This document shows, piece by piece, positions 39,139-50,408 of a stretch of DNA of 64,000 nucleotides. The notes beneath the pieces are model-generated. The model did not search any database. It was not told the DNA's origin and worked only from the letters and a program-made list of their open reading frames with translations. The stretch comes from the human T2T-CHM13v2.0 reference genome, Homo sapiens, in assembly GCF_009914755.1 (NCBI RefSeq), contig NC_060931.1. One strand, written 5' to 3'. Positions within the stretch are counted from its first letter, which is position 1, and each line of letters starts with the position of its first letter. The translations under genes were made by a program, and so were the position numbers.

Positions 39139-40164
39139 CTATATGCCGTGGTTTAAAGATCACAGAAGAGGAGAAAATGCAGGTGAAAAAATACAAGAAA
39201 TCTCCCCTGCCAAGTTATTTAATCATATATTAATTCTACTCCTCCACACATAATGCCAATTTGATGTGCTATGTATTTCATCTTTGCATCATTTCCAGTA
39301 CTGAGATATATATTGTACGAAGATTTTTAGAGTTTTAATTTATCTTATACATTTTTGCGAAATTGACTCCACAAAAGTGAGTTAACACAATGTTGACTTC
39401 GTGTGTAAGCACTGTGCATGTACATAAAAAACACTGAAACTTAATAAATGAAAAGATGTCTTTTTTGTACATCGGCATTTGTGAAATACATTTCTTGATA
39501 TCCTGGCTTTATTGGCAACTGCATATGGAGTGGTGACACAATAAAGTTTTTGGTCAATGTCATCAAGATTTTGGTTGTCTGTCCTGGTATTTCAGATGAA
39601 CACAGTTATAAAGCTGGGTGCACACAATTACCAACCGTAGTAATATGTATTTATACATTTCACTTTTTAACTTTTTTATCACTATGGTTTGTCTGCTCGT
39701 AACTGTTATACCCTTATGACTGTTGTTAGTATACCTGAATGTTTATGCTTGCAAAATATGTATGTTATTATTGCCTATTTTATGGTTAATGTAGCCTATA
39801 AAGTGTTCTGTTGTGTTTGCATATTATTCTCAAATATCTCCCTTTAAAAATGTAAATATGTGTCTTTCAAATAATTTTTTAAAAATGTCCAGAATTATAT
39901 TTTTGAAATTTTGATCTTTTGGGACTTCAGCATTTGGGATTATGGTGTTTGGAATTATATCTTTTGTGACTCTGGCCCAAACCCCATGAAAATGTGTGTG
40001 TGTGTGTGTGGTGTATTCATATCAGGGAAACGACACACTAGAAAGTGTGAATTTAAGCTTATGTTCAAAATTTCAACTACCACCTACGCATTTTATAACT
40101 CTGAAATGTTTATATTCAAAACAGTCCATGCCCTCTCCTGAGACCCACACATATTTCCTAGAGG

Positions 40165-40380
40165 CAGCACTATTGTGGATAAGAGCAGGGATTTTGAAGT
40201 AAGATAGTTCTAACCGTGTCATATCCCAGCTGTGTAACCTTGTGTGAGTTACTCACCTCTTTGTGCTTCACTCAGTTTCATTTCATAAGTTTTATAAAAA
40301 TTAAGAGAGTTAATATATATAAAATGCTCACATCAGTGTCTGGTAATAGTGCTATATAAATGATCACATTTATCATTATT
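40165..40380 (+). mobile_element. MIR SINE
   Basis: GGCAGCACTATTGTGGATAAGAGCAGGG...AGCTGTGTAACCTTG...AGAGTTAATATATATAAAATGCTCA. Confidence 0.75.
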
Positions 40381-40384
40381 AATA

Positions 40385-41250
40385 TCATATCTTACTGTCT
40401 ATTGCACATCTCCATCATCAGGATGTCTCACAAACAACGAAACTTAGTGTGTTCTCAAATTAACTTTATCTTCTCGTCTCTACCTCTCTCCCAATCACCT
40501 CCTCTTCTGTATACTATATGTATACTCTTGGCCAAGTCAGTTATCTTGGTTTCCTTCAAACATTCATCACTCCCAATTCCTAGGGGGTCAGTTATTCTTC
40601 ATATACTCATCAAAAGCACTTGTCTTCCCAGCTGCTAGTGCTCGAGGCAGACTGGATACCGTATCCAGGAGGCATCATCATGATATCTTCCTGATGACCA
40701 CTACTTCCAGAAAGAAGGCCCTTCTCATCTACCCTTTACTCTGTCAATAGGAAGTCTTTCTTAAATAGTAAACAGAAATATACAATCCTGCCACTCACAT
40801 ACTTAGAAATCATTCTGTGGATCTCCATTCTTTACAGAACATTTGAACTTCGTGACATGGAATACAAGGCACTCATAGTCACCCCTGTAATTACTTCATC
40901 AGCAGCCTCTTGCTTTTGCTCCCATCTCCAGCTGGACCTTGTTAACTCCCTTCACACCCCATTTTTACCACTCCCAAACCCTTGCCCTAAGCAATATTGA
41001 CCTGACTTCTACCCAGCCTCCACCTCAAAAAGAGTTAGCACTCCTCTCTGCGTTTTCTTGGCAGTCTCTCCAAAATGACTTTTGTCATATTATTTTGTTA
41101 TTTTTATTTATATATTGATATTTTTTTCTCATTTTGACTATTAGCTCTTTGAAGGCAAGACTATACCGTATTATTTTTGTTTCCTGATACTTAAAGTAGA
41201 GCCTGCTATACAGTAGGTGTTCAGTTAATATCTTTTCAATTAGTGAAGAA
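40385..41250 (+). mobile_element. L2 fragments
   Basis: CATCTCCATCATCAGGATGTCTCACAAACAA...TAGCTCTTTGAAGGCAAGAC...ACAGTAGGTGTTCAGTTAATAT. Confidence 0.65.
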
Positions 41251-41514
41251 AGTAGTCTGAGGTAAGTCAGGGAATTGACTGCTGACGACTAACACATCAT
41301 CACCTGCCCATTATTTCCTATTGAGTGGACCCAGTCAACTCATGCTTTTATTTTCCAGATTCATTGAGGCGAGTATAATCAATTCAAAGTGACAGGTAAT
41401 TCCTACATACTTATTTATATTTGTATGCTTTTTTCCTACCTTCTGATATTTTAAGGATCCACTTATGAAATAATAAATTTACATTATCAGAAGAAACTTG
41501 CTATGAATAGAAGC

Positions 41515-41740
41515 TTAATAGTGGATTAAAGGCAGAGTTGTTCTGAAATTTTACTTTGCCCTTATTAGCTTTTGACCTTAGGATAGGTGTACCTTCTAAG
41601 ATACATCTGAAAATTTGACATAATAGTAATACTTTATTTCATGATTGTTGTAAGAAGTAGGATAATGTATTTGCAGTACTTAGTACAATGTTAGACATGA
41701 AAGTAAGTATATTGTAAGTATTAGCAATCGTTATTATTTG
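41515..41740 (+). mobile_element. MIR SINE
   Basis: TAGTGGATTAAAGGCAGAG...CATCTGAAAATT...GATTGTTGTAAGA...TACTTAGTACAATG. Confidence 0.65.
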
Positions 41741-42349
41741 TTCAACTATAGTAGAAGTATCCTCCCCAATTAGAAAGAAATGATACAAAATTGCTGGTCA
41801 AACTAAGCTATATATTTTTTTCTTTATCATCATGAAAATGGTTAAATTTGGGGCATTTTGAGGACCTATTGCATGTCTGATGCTGTGCAAGACTTGGAAA
41901 ACATATAGCTATTTACTTATGAGAATAAATTCTTTAGTCAATTAGCTCATAGTCTATGGTTTCAAAAATGTTCATCTTTAGAATACATATTAGAAGCAAA
42001 AGAAAATAGGAACCTAGCTCAAATGTAAATCAAACTGATGTATCAGTAGAACAAATCACCAATCAACAGATACCTGTTGGGTATCATGCTATGCAGAACT
42101 CACAGGAAGAAGTTTCATGCCATTCAGTTAATTATTAGAGAGAGAAACTGGTAGTAATCAAGGTGGGAAACTGGGGGAAGCAAATATAGACCACCTTGTG
42201 CTTTATGATGTAAAGGAAATGAGAATGTAGAATAGCTTCATGTGAAGAAAGAGGAAGACCATCACAATGTTTAAAATATTTTCTTTGTTTTCAAATTATT
42301 TAACTAAAATTGTCTGCATCAGTGGAGGAAGTCCCCAATATTTAATTCA

Positions 42350-42510
42350 GTCACCCATTCATTTGTTCATTCATTCAGTAAACACGTACTAAGTATCTAG
42401 GCAAGTAGAATACACTGAATCACAATTGGGTGAATGAATGCGTCAATAGCTAGGACTGTCCTCGGTGTTGGTTACAGCCAGTGGAGAAATCAGACAAAGT
42501 GCCCTCAGAA
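42350..42510 (-). mobile_element. L2 3' end fragment
   Basis: CATTCATTTGTTCATTCATTCAGTAAACACGTACTAAG. Confidence 0.6.
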
Positions 42511-42599
42511 AAAAATATATTTTCAAATTAGTAGTATTGTGTGTTACTCTCAATAAACTATCAACTAAGATTTATTGGGTAGTTTAGAGTTGGTGGTTG

Positions 42600-43001
42600 T
42601 GTCAGTGAAGCAGGTTGGGTTCTCGAGGAAGCAGACTCTGAGACAGAGTTTAGCGTTCAGAATATTTATTAGAGAAGGAGCTGAAGCAGGATTGGGCAGA
42701 GGGAGAGGTCAAGATGCACTGCAGCATTGGCAGACCCTCCGTGGAGCTCTGGACGTTTAATGGTTACCCAGAGTTGTCCTACCTTGGGTCCAAATGACTG
42801 GGCTTTTATAAGAGTGCCTGATTCAGCCACTGGATATTGTCTGCTCCAGAAGAACATAACTTTGAGTGAAGCTGTTCTCTCTCCTGGAAACAATCCCTTA
42901 AGGGCAAATAGCTGACTATCCACTGACAGCCCTCCCTGAAGCTGGGGCAGCAAGTCCTTCCTTGACAAGGAAGCTGCTCGGTATAACCCGTGTCTACCAT
43001 A
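42600..43001 (-). mobile_element. LTR16-like ERVL solo LTR
   Basis: GGTTGGGTTCTCGAGGAAGCAGACTCTGAGACAGAGTTTAGCG...TGTCTACCATA. Confidence 0.7.
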
Positions 43002-44141
43002 GTCGCTTTAGGTTTCAGGAGCAATAACCTAAGAACAACTCAAATTGGCTTATATAATAATTAGCTCACATAACTGAAAAGTTGAGAACTAAGTAAACTT
43101 TAAATGTGGTTTAGATTAGAGCTCACATCTTGAGGTTTATTTCTTGGTTGATGGATTGATTGTTCCTTTATGAAAGTCTGGTCATACAACCATGGAACAA
43201 AAATCCTGATCCTTTCCCCCTTTTTAAGATTTCTAACCCCTAAGGTTCCCTTCTGGTGGGGCATGTCATGTGCACAGTAAGATATTTGACAGAATTCCTG
43301 TTCTCCACCCAGTAGGTGCCTATAGCAAACTGGAGGCTTCCTTGTAATTATCTCTCATCCTCCCTGAATGTTGGTGGTAAATATTCTTAACTTCAGTGGA
43401 AGGTGGTCACATCATAAGTGCCAGAAGCAGAATTCGATTGTCTGGTGGACACCCATGCTGATTACCTGTTCTCTGCATCACACTAGCTTCACTTAAGAGT
43501 CATCGAGAAAGGCAAGAATCAGGCTGGGCACAGATTTTCATGATTGTCTCCAGAACAGAATTAAGGAGAAGGCTAGAAGGGAAATTGCCTTGGTGCCAGA
43601 CCACAAAAGCCACTAAAATATCACTGGAAACAGTTTGGAGGAAAAAAATCACTAGAATTCCTCTCAGGGGAAGGGTACTGCTTGTGGTCAGAAGAAATAC
43701 TTCCATGAGCCACCTGTCAAGAGAAAGAACCCTCCGATAGGAGCTTGCCAGAGCAGCCCCTCTAGGTCATGTGAGCAAGTAAACTACAGAGCATGAGTTT
43801 GGATGAATGAGGCCTCCACTGTGAGCTAGAACTAAATCATTCAGTGGTATTACCACTGGCTGCCTTTCTTCTCAGCCCTGAAGGCAGCCTGTTGGTGCCA
43901 GCATTGAGCTTTCTTCTTAAACATATGTCAAACAGGTGTGTTGATTGGAGTCCCATGTTACCAGCTGGGCCAAAGTAATTCTCACCCTATCTCTCAGCCC
44001 ATAGGGCTTCTGCATGGATGCATCGTATGTATTTTTTTTTCTTTTTGTATTCTGATGATGCAATAAAGCTTAGGCTTCAGAACCCCTCACCAGTATGGGA
44101 CCCCTTTAAAACCTTGAAAGGGGCCCAGCAATTTATACACA

Positions 44142-44618
44142 TGTGTATTAATTAGTCTTTTCTTATTGCTGTAACAAATTCCCACAACACACAGTGGGTT
44201 AAAACACCAATTTATTCTCTTATAGATCTGGAGGTCAGAAGTCTAAAACCAAAGTGTTGGCAGGCCTGTGTTTCTTCTAAAGGCTTCTGGTGGGGTTGGG
44301 GAGGGGTTTTTGTTTCCTTGCTTTTTCCAGCTTCTAGAGGCTGGCTGCCTGCATTCCCAGGGTTGTAACTCCTTCTTCACATCATCTCAACCTTTTACTT
44401 CCATCTTCGGATCCTCTTTTGTCCCTCCGATCTCCTGCCTCCCTTTATAAAGACTCTTACAACTTCCTTATGCCCATCTCCTGATAACCCAGGATAATCT
44501 TCCCATTTCTAAGTGCTTAATTTAATCACATCTGCAGTCTTCTGTTGTAGATAGTGACTTGTAAATTTTGAGGATTAGAAAGTAGACATCTTGGGGAACC
44601 ATTATTCTGCCCACCACA
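44142..44618 (-). mobile_element. MLT1 (C/D-like) MaLR solo LTR
   Basis: TTGCTGTAACAAATTCCCACA...TCTGGAGGTCAGAAGTCTAAAA...CCATTATTCTGCCCACCACA with a 5-bp TSD ACACA. Confidence 0.88.
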
Positions 44619-45344
44619 ACACAATCATATGTTTAAGTACAATTTGTAGAAGACATTGCATACACACTCAGTTAAAATGGCCATCCCTAATAACTTCTGA
44701 TGTCACACTTTACCTAAGGTTTGGTAGTGTTGGATAGTTTCAAGCATTCAGGGTTCTAAGGAGAATTTGGTTTGAGAACACATTTGGTTTGTTTTCATGG
44801 GACATATTGATCACAGTCACAGCGTGTATTTTTAAGGTGTTGCTGGCTAGCTGGTTGTAGTAATGGCTTCCCAGGAGTAGTCCTATTGCCTGTTATGCTA
44901 ACTCACTCAACATTGTGCCCTGAAGCTACAGGGCACAATGAAGCCTTGATCCTGGACCAAGGATCAAATTGCAATAAAATCATGTCCTATGGTGCCTGGA
45001 ACTCTTAAGTATATAGGGAGTGGAGGGGAATCAGTGTTCAAAATACCTGGAGCCTGAAAACAAGTCTGTAGAAAATGATGGGAACCATTAGCAGGTTAAA
45101 AATGTAAGTGATGAATTTGTTTTTCATTGACGCCTGGCCAAAATTATCCTTAATTAAAAACCAGTTTTAATCAAACATGCTAGAAGACAGACTGGACTTT
45201 TTTTAAAAAAATTGTCTTTATATAAAATGATATTACCAAATATTTGTCATCTGGCGTAACAATTAATGAGTATGCAGCCAAAAATTGTATAGAAAAATTA
45301 TTTTTAAGCTATGCCAGGCAGTTCATAATAAAAATATTACATTC

Positions 45345-45495
<151 letters not shown>

Positions 45496-45682
45496 GTTCT
45501 TATTCTGGTTTATGTGATGTTTGTGGTATTTGTCAATTTCTAATATATATATAAGTATATATATATCTTGTGGTTATTTTATCATCCTACATATTTAATA
45601 CCTAAATATCTAACTCTTTTTTCTACACCAAATTGTATAAGCTTCACATCTCATAAAATTGGGATCCAACACTGGTTACACT

Positions 45683-46162
45683 TGTATCAGTCAGGGTTCA
45701 GTCAGAGAAGCTGATAAGCTACCGATCAATCTATCTGTCTACCAACCTACCTACCTATAAAGAAACATGTATTATAAGGAATTGGCTTGTGTAATTGTCT
45801 GTAGCTGCTGACTAAGCAAGTCTGAAATCAACAGGGCAGGTGGTTAGGAAGGGAAGATCCAGGAAGGGGGAAGCAATTGTAGACCGAGTTGTTGATTGGA
45901 ATCTCTATCACTGGGAGGAGCCCAGGCCTTCGTAGGGCTTACTTGATTGAGTTAGGCCCATCCAGGATAATCTCCTTCATTTAGTGGCAGATACTCCAGA
46001 TACTCAGAGACTTTCATTATATATGTACAAACTCCTTAACAGCAGCACCTCAGTTTGTGTCTGATTGAGTCACTGGCAGAGGTGTATGCATGCTACCAAA
46101 TGATTGCTCTTCCCTTTCATAAGCCTAGTCTAGCCCAGCGGACACAGCAAACACCCATGCCA
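45683..46162 (-). mobile_element. MLT2-type ERVL solo LTR
   Basis: TGTATCAGTCAGGGTTCAGTCAGAGAAGC...TATTATAAGGAATTGGCTT...CCAGGATAATCTCC with a 5-bp TSD ACACT. Confidence 0.75.
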
Positions 46163-46309
46163 ACACTCAGTGTTATTGGCCAAAGTTGTCTCTTCCTGGA
46201 ACAGTGAGAGTTGGAAGACTTCTGTTGTCTTGGAATTCATACTCATTACCTTATTAGCTGCATGTGTATTTTAGCTAGTAAAATTTTACAAAGGGAAGCA
46301 GGTCAATAC

Positions 46310-46695
46310 CAGTAGTTAGCCACAGGGGCTGTGAAGTCAAACAGCCTGAGTTCAAAGCCAGGTTTCATCATATTCTATCTGTGTGACTTTAGGCACATTT
46401 CCAAACTATGCTAATTTTTTTCTTTTCTTTTCTTTTTTTTTTTTTGAGACAGAGTCTTACTCTGTCACCCAGGTTAATCTCGGCTCACTGCAAGCTCCAC
46501 CTCCCAGGTTCACACCATTCTCCTGCCTCAGCCTCACGAGTAGCTGGGACTACAGGTGCCTGCCACCACGCCCAAACTATGCTATCTTTTTTTGAGAGTG
46601 TTTATGTTAAAATATTTTTTAAAAGTTTAAACAAGATAATCCATGCAAAATGCTTAAACCAGTATGGATGACAGTGCACTCAAATGTTAGTAGTT
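46310..46695 (+). mobile_element. MIR interrupted by an Alu fragment
   Basis: CCTGAGTTCAAAGCCAGG...TGTGTGACTTTAGGCA [Alu] ...AAGATAATCCATGCAAAATGCTTAA. Confidence 0.7.
46414..46573 (-). mobile_element. AluY-like right arm, 5'-truncated, with an internal deletion
   Basis: Y-type GCAAGCTCC and CACACCATTCTCC. TSD CCAAACTATGCTA at 46401-46413 and 46572-46584. Confidence 0.9.
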
Positions 46696-48351
46696 AAGAG
46701 TTAAATATCAACTATTTTCAACCAGAGAGCATACTAGATGCTTTTATTTATACTAGTTAATTTGGTCTTTATAATTAGTGTTGTGAAGTTATTAAGGCAG
46801 AATTGGGTAAATAAGAAAAATACTGTGAGCATTTTCTTCTTAAAGTTGTAGCAATATATTCCCGTTTTGTTACTTTCCATAATAAGAGTACATGTCTAGA
46901 ATATTTTATATATTACTGAAGCCTGATATCATTTTTAGTATATTCTTAATTAAGATGTTTTATTATATGAATGTTTTATGAAATAGAAACAATGTCTCAT
47001 AAAACCAAATATCTGCATAAAGTTATTACCTATTTATAAATATTTTTATTCACTGATTTTTCTGTAAGGAGAGTAAATATGATCACAATGTTTAATGTAT
47101 TACTAAAAAGAAACACATGATGTTTAAAAAAGTTACCCTGACATTTTTCAAACTGCTCTTTTATGCAAGGCATTGGCTGCATTCTATGTTGGGAATAGAG
47201 AGCAAACTACTGGAAGAGCAAGAAACAACATTATAAACGGGAGATGCTATAGTACTGGCGCATAATAGGTCTACCTGGAATGTTTTAACATTTTTAATTT
47301 GGCCTTTATAAATCTACATTGTGAACGAGACTCTGTTAAGCAGTATATGAATAGATTAATTTGAAAGTTATCAGAATGTGTAATTGAGAAAAGCACCAGT
47401 GTTTTGTTAGACTAGTCTAGGAAATTTGGACTGTGAGGGACAAGACACTAGAGGCACTTAGAAGACTACAGATGGGTCTCCCTAAGCCTGTTTTAGAAAC
47501 AGTCTTCAAGGCTAGAACTGAGATGAGTTTGTGCCCTAGGGGAAGGGGCCAGTGCCTCTGAAATATCTGACTTCAGTTCCTTGCTCAAGAATGGTGACTG
47601 GGAATCATTCAGCATGGCTTGTGATTGGACAACAAAAAGCATGAGCAGGTACTCTTTTATGTCAATAAAATCAGTTGTGACCTTACCAGTACCCTGTAGG
47701 CAAAAGACACAAGAGGGTGATTCTCCAGGACTGGCTTACTTATTCTTAATGTGACTGTGCTTTATGAAAGAAGAAAACTTGTAAGGCCTACCTGTCATAA
47801 TTACTGTGGCCAAGATGGCAAGAGAAATCTCTTATGTCTCTTTACCTAGAGAGCTTCAGTTAAATGGAGTTTGATGGGGCACAAAGTGTTAAAGGGCAAG
47901 GCCGTCCCCACAGAAGGAAAACTCATGTACCATTAAAGTCTAAATGTCTCAAATGAGACTATGTATGTGAAATTAAAATCACACCATTATAGAACTAATA
48001 TGAGCTTATTAAGTATAATTAGGGAATTTTTGAAACCAGAAAAAAGAAATATCATGCATACTTCAGTCATTCAAATACAATCACTATTTGATTCATTCCT
48101 TTAATTTTTTTTAATGTTTATTTCAATTTTGTAATTATATCACATAAAAATTTTGTACTTTTCAAAGTATGATATACGATAAGCATTTTGAGTGTTATGC
48201 TATGATATCTTATGAACATTATCTTAATGGCTGCACAATATTCCATTTTATGATTGCATTATGTTTGGAACTGTATACAGTATGGTCTATATTTACACTT
48301 TTGGAAATAGTCTGCTATATATCTTTTTAGTCGAATTTTCCCCCAGTATTT

Positions 48352-48580
48352 AGCACTGTACTTAAAAGCCTAGATGCTAGAATTGAATAAACTCAATTTT
48401 AAGCCACTTAATATTTGAATGACCTTGGAAGATTATTTCTTTTTAAAATATTTCAGTATTATCATCTGAAAATTAAGATAATAATACCTGCTGGCAGGAT
48501 TGGAGTGAGGTTAAATGAGATATGCATGAAAGCAAGATGCCTGCTACAAACTTAGTGCTTGATAAATGGTACCTTATTAT
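48352..48580 (+). mobile_element. MIR SINE, flanked by L1ME-like fragments
   Basis: GCCACTTAATATTTGAATGACCTTGG...CATCTGAAAATTAAGATAATAATACC...GTGAGGTTAAATGAGATATGCATGAAAGC. Confidence 0.8.
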
Positions 48581-49084
48581 TAAGTGTATTTCCCTTGGGA
48601 AAAGCAAAATTATTGTGTCTAAAGGGTGTAAAGGTTTTATTTAATGTGTTTCTTGTTACCTACTGCCAAAGTGTGTTTTCAAACACCCAGACAATTAACA
48701 GCAAACAAATCAGTAGACAAGATTTTTTAGACTCTGTTCTGTGTTATGAAGTAAAGTGGCAAGGCACATTAGAAGGTAACCTTACTTGCAGGAGTAGATG
48801 GCAGATATAAATTATTTCAAGTACTATGGTCCCAAATATCAAGATTATTATGTTTTGTTTTTGAGAGAACAGCAAATGCAAAAGGCGCTGGCTTGAGAAT
48901 AAGCTTAGCAAGTCTGAGAAACAGAAAATTGATCTAGGTGGCAGGGACACACTCAGAATGAGCTGGGGTGTGACACGGGGATCCAGGCTAGACCTGGAGG
49001 TGCCCCCAGGTCATGATAACAGCTCAGATCTGGCTCCCAGAATGATGTAATAACACTGGAGGGTTTATGCAGAGATGAGGTGAG

Positions 49085-49310
49085 TGTTAGAATCAGGCTG
49101 CTGTCTGCTAATACCATCTCAATTACTTCTTAGCTGTGTGAGCTGAGAGCAAGTTAACTAAGTTCTCTGAGGGATGGTTTCTTCATCTGTAAATTGATGG
49201 TAATAATAGGATCTATGTCCTTGTTTTGTTGTGAAGACAGAATGAGATGCAGCATGTAGCAATTCTAACCACTGTGCCTGGCCTACAGTAAGAATTTAGT
49301 AAGATTTAAC
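49085..49310 (+). mobile_element. MIR SINE
   Basis: TAGCTGTGTGAGCTGAGAGCAAGTTAACT...TTTCTTCATCTGTAAATT...TGTGCCTGGCCTACAGTAAG. Confidence 0.8.
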
Positions 49311-49517
49311 CTCAGGCTCAATGGCAAATTTTATAAGGTCAAATTGATTTTGACCTTATAAATTGATTTTATAAGGACCATTGATTTTTTTTCTCGAACT
49401 CAAGGAGCTCGCTGCCCCTTAATGGGCATTCAAGTCTTCATTTGTAGAGAAAGAGAAAAACTGTATACTCTCTTATAATGGCATTTCTCCATTCCTAGTT
49501 ATCAAGATTTCAAAATA

Positions 49518-49865
49518 TAGTCATCCCCCAGTATCAATGGAGGAGTGGGGGATTGATTCCAGGACCCCTGTGGATACCAAAATTCATAGATGCTCAAGTC
49601 TCCCATATAAAATGGTGTAATATTTGCATATAACCTATGCACATCCTCTTGTATAATTTAAATCATCCCTAAATTACTTATCATACTAATACTATGTACA
49701 TAATATTATGTACATATTTGTTATACTGTGTTGTTTCAGGAGTATTGACAAGAAAAAACTATGTACATGTTCAATACAGACACAATTGCCCTTTTTCTGA
49801 GTGTTTTTGATCTGAGGTTGGTTCACCCCATGCATGTGGAACCCACTCAATTCAAGGGTTGTCTG
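49518..49865. mobile_element. MER2 (TcMar-Tigger) non-autonomous element
   Basis: GGGGATTGATTCCAGGACCCCTGTGGATACCAAAATTCATAGATGCTCAAGTC...TATTTGCATATAACCTATGCACATCCTC, flanked by TA dinucleotides. Confidence 0.88.
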
Positions 49866-50372
49866 TATTAAATTGTAAAGACCGACTCAATCAGGAAATT
49901 TCAGTACCTAAATAATGCTTTGACAAAAATGTTAATTTTAAAATGTATGCATCTGACTTAAATGTGTTTTTATTTATTTTTATTTTTAAAAATTTCACTC
50001 AAGAAGTATAGAAAGTGTGTTTTTAATTAATTAAGAAAGTCTTTACAGGGTCATTTCACGTGATTGAGAGGTAAGGACACTCACCCAAAGGCATAGTTAT
50101 AAAAAATATAAATGAAACTATGATATCAGGAAGCAGTAGTGCCCACAGAACAAACAATCACGGGGATAATCAGTAAATGTCCAATTCCATCACTAACTTA
50201 TAGCCTATTTTCTGACTCATTCAATTACAATGTTCTTGTTCTCAAATTCAGGTCAATTTTGCTATCATTCCAATTTAAAATGCTAATTTTAACAAAAGGA
50301 AATATGCTTCTCTATGAGCAGAAATATTTGAAATTTTTTAAGTAGAGATTTTTCAAGTAGTAGAAATTTATG

Positions 50373-50408
50373 CACACACAAATGTACACACACACACACA
50401 CACACACA
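50373..50408. repeat. (CA)n microsatellite
   Basis: Interrupted CA run. Confidence 0.9.

Larger units (their letters stand above)
37683..39984 (+). mobile_element. Ricksha-like Mutator (MULE-MuDR) DNA transposon
   Basis: Imperfect terminal inverted repeats made of CATAATCCC/GGGATTATG units, right end GGCCCAAACCC. 9-bp TSD CATGAAACC (37674-37682) versus CATGAAAAT (39985-39993). FLYWCH-like relic inside. Confidence 0.8.
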
